64,000 nt of DNA from the NCBI GenBank assembly GCA_963785725.1, contig CAWAWS010000039.1:704001-768000 (forward strand). The letters are read 5' to 3'. Under the pieces are notes generated by a model, which was not told the origin of the DNA, made no database searches, and saw nothing but the letters and a program-made list of their open reading frames with translations. This document shows positions 9,368 through 17,579 of this stretch, piece by piece. Positions within the stretch are counted from its first letter, which is position 1. The number at the start of each line of letters is the position of its first letter. The stretch is from an uncultured delta proteobacterium. Its GTDB lineage: Bacteria; Myxococcota_A; Polyangia; Palsa-1104. A program made the translations under genes and the position numbers.

Positions 9368-9899
9368 TGAAGCGCGGCGGCACTTCCCGCGTCAGCCAAA
9401 CGCCATTGGCGCTGCGGTGGAATTCGAAGTGAGCGCGCGCCATCGCCGCCGAATCGACGGTCAAGACAAGCGGCTTGCCGCGGCGACTGCCGACATTCGT
9501 CGCCGTGGCCAGGTCGGCCGAGAGGTGGACGAATTGTCGTTCGCGCGCTTGCAGGCCTTGGTCACGAATGGCGGCGACGAAGCGCGCGACGGTGCCGTGA
9601 AAGAGCGTCGCCGGCGGTGGCAGCGGCGGATACGCCAGCGTCACCGCGAGCGAGTGACCTTGGCTGGCGCGTAAGCGGGTGCCGCCGGCGTCGAAGGCGA
9701 AGCGCTGCTTGTCGTCTGCGCGCACGATGCGGTCGAGCTCGGCGCGCGTCAGCGGCTGCGCATGGTCCGCCAGCGCCGCCAGCAAGCGCGCGACGTCGAC
9801 ATAGCCGGCGTCGTCGAGCTCGAGGCCCAGCGTATCCGGCCGATGGCGCAAGACGAGGCTCAACAGCTTGGCGAAGTGCACGTCGCGATCTCCGCTCAC
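9342..9899 (-). CDS. kptA: RNA 2'-phosphotransferase (Tpt1/KptA)
   Basis: LSLVLRH, DKQRF, RASQGHS, LFHGT, VHLS and NGVWLT; GTG start after GGAGGAG. Confidence 0.93.
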   Translation of the reverse strand: MSGDRDVHFAKLLSLVLRHRPDTLGLELDDAGYVDVARLLAALADHAQPLTRAELDRIVRADDKQRFAFDAGGTRLRASQGHSLAVTLAYPPLPPPATLFHGTVARFVAAIRDQGLQARERQFVHLSADLATATNVGSRRGKPLVLTVDSAAMARAHFEFHRSANGVWLTREVPPRFITFPESHA

Positions 9900-9918
9900 G
9901 GCCGTCTCCTCCGCGCCG

Positions 9919-10134
9919 TCAGCGCCGGCCGACCAGCCGCTGCAGCGTCGCCTGAAACTCCGCCTGGCTGACGTCGACCAGCTCGAGCACACGCCCGTAC
10001 AGCATCGCCGTCGGCACACTCCTGCCGCCGCGTTCGCGCTGCGTCTCGTCGAGCACGACCAAGATCGCGCGCTCCAGCCGATTCAGCCCGTCGCGCACGT
10101 CGGGCAGGCGGTCACCATCGCGCTCACTCGCCAC
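9919..10134 (-). CDS. 71-aa hypothetical protein with LPDVRDGL motif
   Basis: VASERDGDRLPDVRDGLNRLERAIL...VPTAMLYGRVLE...; directly upstream of kptA. Confidence 0.6.
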   Translation of the reverse strand: MASERDGDRLPDVRDGLNRLERAILVVLDETQRERGGRSVPTAMLYGRVLELVDVSQAEFQATLQRLVGRR

Positions 10135-10227
10135 GCCACCACGATAGCAGCGTCGCCGCCGCCGGGCCGTCATTTTCCGCGACGGCCGTCTTGCATCGCG
10201 TCCCCGTTTTATTCGATGCTCGCGCTC

Positions 10228-10665
10228 ATGTTGCTCGTCCGCACGATATCGCCCGAGGAGACGCATCCGCTGCGCCACGCCGTCCTGCGTCCGCGCCAGC
10301 CGCTCTCGGCGATGGTCTATCCCAACGATGACGGCGCCGAGACGCTGCACGTCGGCGCCTTCGTCGACGGCGCGCTCGTCGGCATCGCGTCGATCTATCG
10401 CGAAGGCCGCCCCGGCCGCGCCGAGCCGCACGCCTGGCGCCTGCGCGGCATGGCCACGACGCCCGAAGCGCGCCGCCACGGCTGCGGCCGCGCCATGCTC
10501 GACGCGCTCATCGCCCACGCCCGCGCCAACAACGGCCGCATCTTGTGGTGCAACGGCCGCGTGACCGCGGCGCCGTTCTATCTGGCGCTCGGCTTTGCGC
10601 AGGAGGGTGAGGCGTTCGAGCTGCCGGGCATCGGCCCGCACCTGCTCTTGCACCGCGCGCTGTAG
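10228..10665 (+). CDS. GNAT family N-acetyltransferase
   Basis: LRHAVLRP, WRLRGMAT..RRHGCG and WCNGR..A..FY. Confidence 0.88.
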   Translation: MLLVRTISPEETHPLRHAVLRPRQPLSAMVYPNDDGAETLHVGAFVDGALVGIASIYREGRPGRAEPHAWRLRGMATTPEARRHGCGRAMLDALIAHARANNGRILWCNGRVTAAPFYLALGFAQEGEAFELPGIGPHLLLHRAL

Positions 10666-10694
10666 AGGTCGCCAAGACCTGCAGGAACGCTGAA

Positions 10695-10735
10695 AACGGC
10701 CGAGCCCGCGCGATCCGAACGACCGCGCGGGCTCG
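10695..10735 (-). terminator. Intrinsic terminator hairpin between the convergent GNAT and M16 genes
   Basis: 12-bp stem CGAGCCCGCGCG / CGCGCGGGCTCG, followed by a short T-run on the minus strand. Confidence 0.6.
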
Positions 10736-10743
10736 CTCGCCGG

Positions 10744-13476
10744 CTACTTGATGTCGCCCGCCTTGACCTTCACGAGCGCGTCCGTCTTGACGTACTTCGC
10801 GACCGCCGCCGCGATCTGCGCCGGCGACAGCGCCTGCACCTTGGCGTTCAGCGCGTCGTAATAATCGAGCTTACGCCCGACGTTCAGGCTCTCCTCGAGC
10901 AGGCCGACCACGGCGTCGTCGTTGGCGATCGTCGTGTCGAACTGCGCCTGATACTTCTGCTTGCCGTCGGTGAGCTCCTTGCCGTCGACGCCCTTTTGCA
11001 CCAGCCGATTGAGCTCCTCGGTCATGTCGGTCATCGCCTTGACCGCGTTCTGCGGCGCGCAGATGGCGTACGCCAGCAACATCGAGCTCGGGTCCAGCGG
11101 ATCGGCCGCCAAGAACGAGCCCACGCCGTACGACAGGCCGTCCTTTTGCCGCAGCCGCTCGAACAGCCGCGAGCTGCCCGAGCCGCCGAACAGGAAGTCG
11201 GCCATCTGCATCGCCGGAAAGTCGGCGTCGTCGTCACGCATGGGCAGGCCCGAGCCGAGCGCGATCATCGCCATCTGCTTGTCGGGCGTGACGATGAGAT
11301 CGTCCGTCGGCTTCGACGCGTGAAACGGCATCGCGATGCGCTGATACGGCTTCTGCGCCTTCCACCCGCCCAGCTCCTTGGCCGCCACCTGCTTGACCTC
11401 GGCCGGATCGAAGTCGCCGACGACCACCAGCTCGCCGTCGCCCGCGCCCCAGTGGCTCTTCTGCCACGCGACGAGCTGCTCCAGCTTCAGCGCCTTGACG
11501 TCGTCCAGCGTCTCCTGCAGCGAGCGATGGTAGCGAACGTCATCCTTGGGATACGGCTGCACCTTCGCCAGCAGCGTCGTAAAGGCGATCGCCTGCGGCT
11601 GCTGCAGGCTCTCCTCGATGCGCGCTTCCTTCTCGCGCTTGAGCTTCTCGAACTCGTCCTTGGGGAAGCTCGGCTCCTTGACCATCTCGGCGAGCAGCGC
11701 CAACACCGCCGGCACGCTCGGCCGCACCGTCGTCACGCGGAAGATGGCGTCGCCCGGCCGCCCGTCGCCGCCGCCGCCCTCTTGCTCGCCGGCGCGCAGC
11801 TCGGCCCGCAACGTGTCGAGCTGATCGCGCAGCTGCTGATAGGTGTGCTTCTTCGTGCCGCGCAACACCATCTCCGACAGCAGCTTGGCCGCCGTCGTCT
11901 GCCCGAGCAGATCCTTCTCGTTGCCGCTGCGCAGCTTGAGCAGGATCTTGACCGCGCCGCCGCGCGTCTTCTTCGGCAGCAGCGCCAGCTTGAGGCCCGA
12001 CGGCAACGTCACCCGCTCGGTGCGCGCCTCGATGTTCTTCACCGTCGCCGCGAAGGTCTCGCCCTCGGCCAGCTTGGCGTCGCCTTTGTAATTCTTGACC
12101 AGCGCCACGACGTCCGGCTGCGCCGGCAGCGGCGCGCGATCGAGCGCCTTCGACGGAATGAAGAGGCCGACCGTGCGATTCGAGGCCTTCAGATACTGGC
12201 TCGCCACCTTCTTGACGCGCGCGATGTCGAGCGCCTTGATCGCGTCGCGATGCATGAAAATGAGGCGCCAATCGCCTTGCGCCGCCCACTCCGACAGCTC
12301 GACGCCGACGCGACCCGAGTCCGTCAGGCCGAGCTCGATGCGATTGAGCGCCGCCGACTTGAAGCGATCGAGCTCCGCCTGCGTGATGTTGCTCTTGGCC
12401 AGCGACTCGATCGTCTGCAGCATCGTGTCGCGCACCGTCTCCAGCGACTTGCCCGGCGGCACCTCCGCGGCGAGCTTGATGAGCCCCGGCTCGGCCATCG
12501 CCATGACGTCGGCCTCCACCTTCGACGCCAGCTTCTTGTCGACGAGCGCCTTGTTGAGCCGTCCCGTCGGCTGATGCGTCAGGATGTCGGCGATGGCCTC
12601 CTCGGCCACGAAGTCGGCGTCGGGACCGGCCACGCCGTGATAGACGACGCCGACGACGCCGACGTCACCGGTGCGCCGCAGCGTCACCGCGCGCTCGCCG
12701 TCCTGCACCGGCTCGACGGTGTAGCTGGCCGACAGCTTGCGCGCCGGCCGCGGGATCTTGCCGAACGTCTGCTGAATCTGTGCCAGCGTCGCCTTGGGCT
12801 CGAACTTGCCGGCGACGATGAGCACCGCGTTGTCCGGCTGATAATAGCGACGATAGAACGCCTGCAGATTCTCGATCGGCACGCGCTCGATGTCGCTGCG
12901 CGAGCCGATCGTCGCCTTGCCGTAGTTGTGCCAGAGATAGGCGGTCGAGTAGAGCCGCTCTTCGAGGATGTCGTTGGGCTGGTTCTCGCCCATCTCGAAC
13001 TCGTTGCGCACGACGGAGAACTCGCTCGACAGATCCTCGCGCGAGACGCGCGAATTGACCATGCGATCGGCCTCCATGTCGAACGCCCACTTCATGTTCT
13101 CGTCGGTGGGCGTGAAGGTCTCGAAGTAGTTGGTGCGATCGAACCAGGTCGACCCGTTGAAGCGCGCGCCGTGCGCGTCGAGCTCGGCCCACACCTTCTG
13201 ATGGCGCGTCGTGCCTTTGAAGAGCATGTGCTCGAGCAGGTGCGCCATGCCCGTCTCGCCGTAGCCTTCGTGGCGCGAGCCGACGAGATAGGTGACGTTG
13301 ACGGTCACCTGCGCCTTGGAGTTGTCGGGGAAGAGCAGCACGCGCAGGCCGTTGTCGAGCCCGTACTCGGTGATGCCTTCGATGGTGACGACCGGGCGCG
13401 GCTCGGCGGCCGACGCGGCGGAGGTCACGCCCCAAGCGGCGATTGCGGCGAAAACGATGGGTAACGACTTTCTCAT
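10744..13476 (-). CDS. Secreted M16 family (pitrilysin/PqqL-like) zinc protease
   Basis: Signal peptide, HLLEH inverted zinc motif, NGSTWFDRTNY and RQKDGLSYG. Confidence 0.93.
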   Translation of the reverse strand: MRKSLPIVFAAIAAWGVTSAASAAEPRPVVTIEGITEYGLDNGLRVLLFPDNSKAQVTVNVTYLVGSRHEGYGETGMAHLLEHMLFKGTTRHQKVWAELDAHGARFNGSTWFDRTNYFETFTPTDENMKWAFDMEADRMVNSRVSREDLSSEFSVVRNEFEMGENQPNDILEERLYSTAYLWHNYGKATIGSRSDIERVPIENLQAFYRRYYQPDNAVLIVAGKFEPKATLAQIQQTFGKIPRPARKLSASYTVEPVQDGERAVTLRRTGDVGVVGVVYHGVAGPDADFVAEEAIADILTHQPTGRLNKALVDKKLASKVEADVMAMAEPGLIKLAAEVPPGKSLETVRDTMLQTIESLAKSNITQAELDRFKSAALNRIELGLTDSGRVGVELSEWAAQGDWRLIFMHRDAIKALDIARVKKVASQYLKASNRTVGLFIPSKALDRAPLPAQPDVVALVKNYKGDAKLAEGETFAATVKNIEARTERVTLPSGLKLALLPKKTRGGAVKILLKLRSGNEKDLLGQTTAAKLLSEMVLRGTKKHTYQQLRDQLDTLRAELRAGEQEGGGGDGRPGDAIFRVTTVRPSVPAVLALLAEMVKEPSFPKDEFEKLKREKEARIEESLQQPQAIAFTTLLAKVQPYPKDDVRYHRSLQETLDDVKALKLEQLVAWQKSHWGAGDGELVVVGDFDPAEVKQVAAKELGGWKAQKPYQRIAMPFHASKPTDDLIVTPDKQMAMIALGSGLPMRDDDADFPAMQMADFLFGGSGSSRLFERLRQKDGLSYGVGSFLAADPLDPSSMLLAYAICAPQNAVKAMTDMTEELNRLVQKGVDGKELTDGKQKYQAQFDTTIANDDAVVGLLEESLNVGRKLDYYDALNAKVQALSPAQIAAAVAKYVKTDALVKVKAGDIK

Positions 13477-13564
13477 GCAGCGACTATCAATCCGCGAGCG
13501 GAAAGACTCAAGCGAGGCCGATCACGCCGTCGACAATCGCGTTTGGCGGGCTGCGGATTCGGCG

Positions 13565-13921
13565 TTAGGCCGCGCTCGTGGCGGTGGCGCAGACGAGCCC
13601 GCCCGAGCGCATGGCCGCGTCCAATCGGCGATCGAGGCTGGCGATCCACTGCGGGTAATGGCGCGCGATCGGCCGGCGCGAACGCGCCGCGTGCGGCCGG
13701 CGCCAGCGGGCCGCGCGCGCGACGACGGCGGCGCGGCGTATCACCCAGCGACGACGACCGACGGCGAGCGCGCCGACCACGCGGCGCAGCGCGCGCACCA
13801 GCAGAAGCGCCAGCACGGCCAGGCCACTGGCGCGCCAGAACGTCGCCACCCACTCGTGCAGCCCGACGTCGGTAGCGGCCGAGGTCGCGCGAAAGATTTC
13901 GGTTAGGCTGATTGCGTCCAT
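13565..13921 (-). CDS. Small hypothetical membrane protein
   Basis: One hydrophobic segment; preceded by a sigma54-like promoter. Confidence 0.45.
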   Translation of the reverse strand: MDAISLTEIFRATSAATDVGLHEWVATFWRASGLAVLALLLVRALRRVVGALAVGRRRWVIRRAAVVARAARWRRPHAARSRRPIARHYPQWIASLDRRLDAAMRSGGLVCATATSAA

Positions 13922-13937
13922 CTCGGACCGGCTACAG

Positions 13938-13953
13938 AGCAAGGCGCGTACCG
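13938..13953 (-). promoter_or_regulatory. Sigma54 -24/-12 promoter
   Basis: CGGTACGCGCCTTGCT (GG-N10-GC). Confidence 0.5.
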
Positions 13954-14045
13954 ATTGCGGGACTAGGACTTCGCGGCGGTTGCGTCGGGGAATCGAGCGG
14001 AGTCGTTGCGCGATGAAGCGGCTGGTGTCGCGAATCGAACCAGGG

Positions 14046-14654
14046 TCACAGGCGGGAGGCGACGCCGATGGTGCGCGGCTGCGCCAAGATCCGGCGAATG
14101 CCGACGAACAGGTTGGGCAGATCTTTGGCGGCGCCGCCGGTGACCATCCAGCGCGGCACCGCGCCCGACAGGTCCATCTCGAGGTGATAGTAGGCGAGCG
14201 TGCCGCGGCCGCCGTGCGTGGGATAGAGCGCCCAGCGCCCGGTGAGCGTGGTCATGCGCACCGCCTTCTTCGACGGCGCCGGACCGCGCGCGTGGTCGAT
14301 GCTGAAGCTGAGCCCGTCGGCTTGCCCGTCCTTCCAGATCACCCGCAGCGTAAAGTCGCGATCTTTGAGCGCCGGCAGCTTCAAGTGCTGATAGACGAGC
14401 TGCTCGCCCGCGTGCCGCTCGAGGACGACGCTCTCGGCCAGGTGCGCGTCGAAGCGGCGATAGCCGGCGTAATCGAGCAGCGCGGCCTCGACCGCGGCCG
14501 GCGGCGCGTCGAGCTCGCCGACGGCCGCCAGCTCGCTGATGGTCGCCAGCTTGTTTTGGTAGACGTCGACGCCGTCATGACCGCCGATGCGCGACAGGTT
14601 GGCGTCGATGAGCGTCGACGTGAGCGTGAGCAGCGAGATCAGCAGCGCTTCCAT
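14046..14654 (-). CDS. START/SRPBCC domain protein
   Basis: GVDVY, VYQHLKLPALKDRDF, GRWAL and DLSGAVPRWMV. Confidence 0.8.
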   Translation of the reverse strand: MEALLISLLTLTSTLIDANLSRIGGHDGVDVYQNKLATISELAAVGELDAPPAAVEAALLDYAGYRRFDAHLAESVVLERHAGEQLVYQHLKLPALKDRDFTLRVIWKDGQADGLSFSIDHARGPAPSKKAVRMTTLTGRWALYPTHGGRGTLAYYHLEMDLSGAVPRWMVTGGAAKDLPNLFVGIRRILAQPRTIGVASRL

Positions 14655-14668
14655 GTTGGCGTCGCTGA

Positions 14669-14684
14669 AGCAACGGTCGTGCCG
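14669..14684 (-). promoter_or_regulatory. Sigma54 -24/-12 promoter
   Basis: CGGCACGACCGTTGCT, a close match to TGGCACG-N4-TTGC. Confidence 0.65.
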
Positions 14685-14867
14685 CGCTGAGCGGCGCGCG
14701 CGCCGTGCAGTTGCCAGGCGGCCGTCGAGAATCGCGACGGCAATCGTCGGGAATGCGACGGCGGCGGCCGATTGTGCGAGGAATTCGAACGGTGAAGCTG
14801 AAAGCGGCGCGGCGGGGAGTTGCGGCGAAGGCGGCGGCGGAGCGTGCGCGAACGAGCGGCGCGGTCT

Positions 14868-16273
14868 TTACGCGGCGTGGCGCGGAACGACGCGCAGCGT
14901 CGGGCGGCGCGCGGCGGTCGTCGCCGCCAAGGCGGGCAGCGTGACGAGCGCGTCCGACTTGCCGAGCTGGTACTCGCGACCGCGCCATTCGACCTTGCGC
15001 TTCATCATGTTCTGCACCAGCACCACCGGCGAGATGAGGAAGAACGCGGTCGGGGTCCACCAGAAGCGCGCCGGAATCGCCGCGCCGCCATAACGGCGCT
15101 GCAGCGCGAACAAGCTCCCGGTGAAGGCGGCGAGCGCCGTCAGCGCGACCAGCGCCGCCGCGACGTGACCGGTCGCCAACGACGCGACCAGCGTCGCCAG
15201 CGAGGCGAAGAAGCCCGCGCCCTGCACCCACTGACGCCACACGAACGAGGTCGGCAGACCGTTGCGCGAGAAGCTCATCCAGCGACGGAAGACCGGCAGG
15301 AACTGCTTCAAGGTCATGCCGCCGGTGGCGATGTGCAGCGGGATGCGGCTCATGACGTTCTTGTAGCCGGCTTCGTAGACGCGCTTGCCGATGGCCATAT
15401 CGTCGACGAGCTGGCCCTGTACCGACTCGACGCCGCCGATGGCGCTCAGCGCCTCGCGACGGAAGACCATGAGCTGACCCATGATGAACGGCAGCTCGCG
15501 CTTGTCGCCCGACGCCCAGGCCGCCAACGGCGAGTAGAGCGCGTTCTGCATGATGGCGTAGAGCACGTCGCCGGCGGCCGCGGGCGGCTGATGCACGAGG
15601 ACGGGCGCGAACGCCGAGCCGTTCGCCTTCGACTCGAGCAGCTTGTCGACGACGCCGCGGAGCACGTTGTGGTCGGGACGCGTGTCGGAGTCGCCGAACG
15701 CGATGAGCTCGCCGTGCGCGTGGCGCTGACCGACGACCATGGCGTTGAGCTTGCCCGTGCGACCGGGCGGCGGCGAGCCGGCGACGATGACGTCGGCGGT
15801 GCCGGCGCGGCCCGCGGCGCGGTGCGTGGCCACGACTTCGCGCGCGACCGGCAGGCCCGGATCTTTGTCGTCGTCGAACACGAACAGCGTCTCGACCTCG
15901 CCCGGATAGCCGGTGTCGAGCGCGGCGGTGAAGTTTTCGGCGGCGCCGACGTCCTTGCCGCGCACGGGGCGAATCACCGTGACCGACGGATAGCGACGCG
16001 CGGCCGCGAGCGGCACGATCAAGTCGGGGCGCGGCGTGATGGCTTTGCTGAGCGCGCGGTGCCAGAGCAGCGTCGCGACGAGCACGGCCGCCGCGATGCC
16101 GCCGAGCACGAGGCCCAGCGTCGTCGACGTGGCGGCGACGGCGGTGAGCGCGTGGCGCGCGGCGACGCTCAAGCGCGCCGGGCCGAACGAAGCGCCGACG
16201 ACGTCCGCGCCAAAGAGAGCGGCGATTGCGCCAACAGCGAGGACGACATTCAGATCGACTTTGCGGTTCATGA
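14868..16273 (-). CDS. GT2/GT21 ceramide-glucosyltransferase/HpnI-like glycosyltransferase
   Basis: VTVIRPVRG, GKLNAM, FGDSD, LVDDMAIG, FRRW and VEWRGREY; flanking transmembrane helices. Confidence 0.82.
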
Positions 16274-16305
16274 TGGGCTCCGTTGTTCCGGTTGCATGCT
16301 CCTTG

Positions 16306-16321
16306 AGCAACGTCCGTGCCG
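16306..16321 (-). promoter_or_regulatory. Sigma54 -24/-12 promoter
   Basis: CGGCACGGACGTTGCT. Confidence 0.65.
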
Positions 16322-16462
16322 CTCGCGAAGTCCGCCATTCCCGCGGGTTTCGCCGGCCGACTGTTTCGTTTCACGGCGGCAGGTGACGGATTCGGCGTCG
16401 CTCTTTTTCGAACAGGCGGTGCCGGCGAGCCCGAAGCCCGGCGCGATGCGGTTGACGACGGC

Positions 16463-16478
16463 TGGCGCGACGATTGCT
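16463..16478 (+). promoter_or_regulatory. Sigma54 -24/-12 promoter
   Basis: TGGCGCGACGATTGCT. Confidence 0.6.
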
Positions 16479-16541
16479 ATTCCCTTCGATCGAACGAAGC
16501 GCGCAACTTCACGGATCGAAGCGCTCGTTCGGGGGAAGCTC

Positions 16542-17432
16542 ATGCGCCGCCAACTAACGAGCTGGAGTCAGACGATCCTCTTCTGGAGCCTCACGGTGAC
16601 GTTGTTCGTCGTGGTCGCCCTAGCCTTGACCGATTGGACGCGCTGGGCGGCGATGGCGCTGGTGTTGGCGCTCGCGCTCATCGGCAGCCGTCGTCGCGCT
16701 CAGCTGCGCCGCGTGTCGATGCGCGCCTGCGACGCCGCCGTCAGCGCCAACGTCGAGCGGCTGCGCGAGATGAGCGCGCTGCAGGGTGCGCTGGCCAACG
16801 AGCTGAACAACCCGCTGGCGGCCGTCAAAGCGCTGTCGGGGCTGATGCAGCTCGAGCCGGCGCAGGCGCAGACGCGGCTGCCGGTGTTGCAGGCGCAAGT
16901 CCAGCGGATGCAGCACATCATCGAAGAGCTGCTCGACTTCTCGCGGCCGCTGACGCCGATGGTGCACGCGCGCACCGACGTGCGGCCGCTGCTGCAGCAA
17001 GTGGCCGAAGTGCATCAGGCGATGGCGGCGCGCAAAGGCGTGGAAGTCGTGGCCGAGCCGGGCGAGGCGATCGTGCTGCACTGCGATCCGCACAAGCTGA
17101 AGCAGGCGCTGATGAGCCTCGTGCACAACGCCATCGACGCCAGCGCGGAGGGCGGGATGGTCGCGTTGACGGCGACGCTCGACGACACGCAGGTGCGCAT
17201 CGACGTGCTCGACCGCGGGCCCGGCATTGCGCCGAGCGGGCTCGGCCAGGTCGTGCGCGCCGGGTTCACGACCAAGCCGGACGCGGCCGGGCTCGGCCTC
17301 ACGGTCGCCGACGCGCTCGTCCGCCAGCACGGCGGCACGCTGACGCTGTGCAATCGCGCCGGCGGCGGCTTGGCAGCCGGCATCGCGCTGCCGGTGCGCT
17401 GCAGCAACGTCGACGTCTGCCGCGCCGCTTGA
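16542..17432 (+). CDS. Membrane sensor histidine kinase-like protein with degenerate H-box
   Basis: Two TMs, LANELNNPL (His replaced by Asn), N box HNAIDA, G1 DRGPGI and FTTK..AGLGL. Confidence 0.85.
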   Translation: MRRQLTSWSQTILFWSLTVTLFVVVALALTDWTRWAAMALVLALALIGSRRRAQLRRVSMRACDAAVSANVERLREMSALQGALANELNNPLAAVKALSGLMQLEPAQAQTRLPVLQAQVQRMQHIIEELLDFSRPLTPMVHARTDVRPLLQQVAEVHQAMAARKGVEVVAEPGEAIVLHCDPHKLKQALMSLVHNAIDASAEGGMVALTATLDDTQVRIDVLDRGPGIAPSGLGQVVRAGFTTKPDAAGLGLTVADALVRQHGGTLTLCNRAGGGLAAGIALPVRCSNVDVCRAA

Positions 17433-17579
17433 TTCGCCGGCCGCACGCCGCTCGCAGGTCCCGTCGTTAGACCTCCCGCCATTGACGCTGGTGCTCGCGG
17501 GCTCCTCGTGACGACATGCCGACGTTCGGAATCGAAAGCGGAGCTGGTGCCCCGATCGCGTAGCGGTTAGCATCCGCGC

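Noticed and set aside
10996..13464. 822-aa plus-strand ORF, and many similar long Arg/Ala-rich ORFs across the window
   Set aside because: Antisense or off-frame shadows of real genes, typical of high-GC DNA, with no recognisable motifs
14820..16541. Apparent 870-aa kinase with a long N-terminal extension
   Set aside because: The extension is antisense to the glycosyltransferase; the plausible start is 16542, after a sigma54 box and RBS
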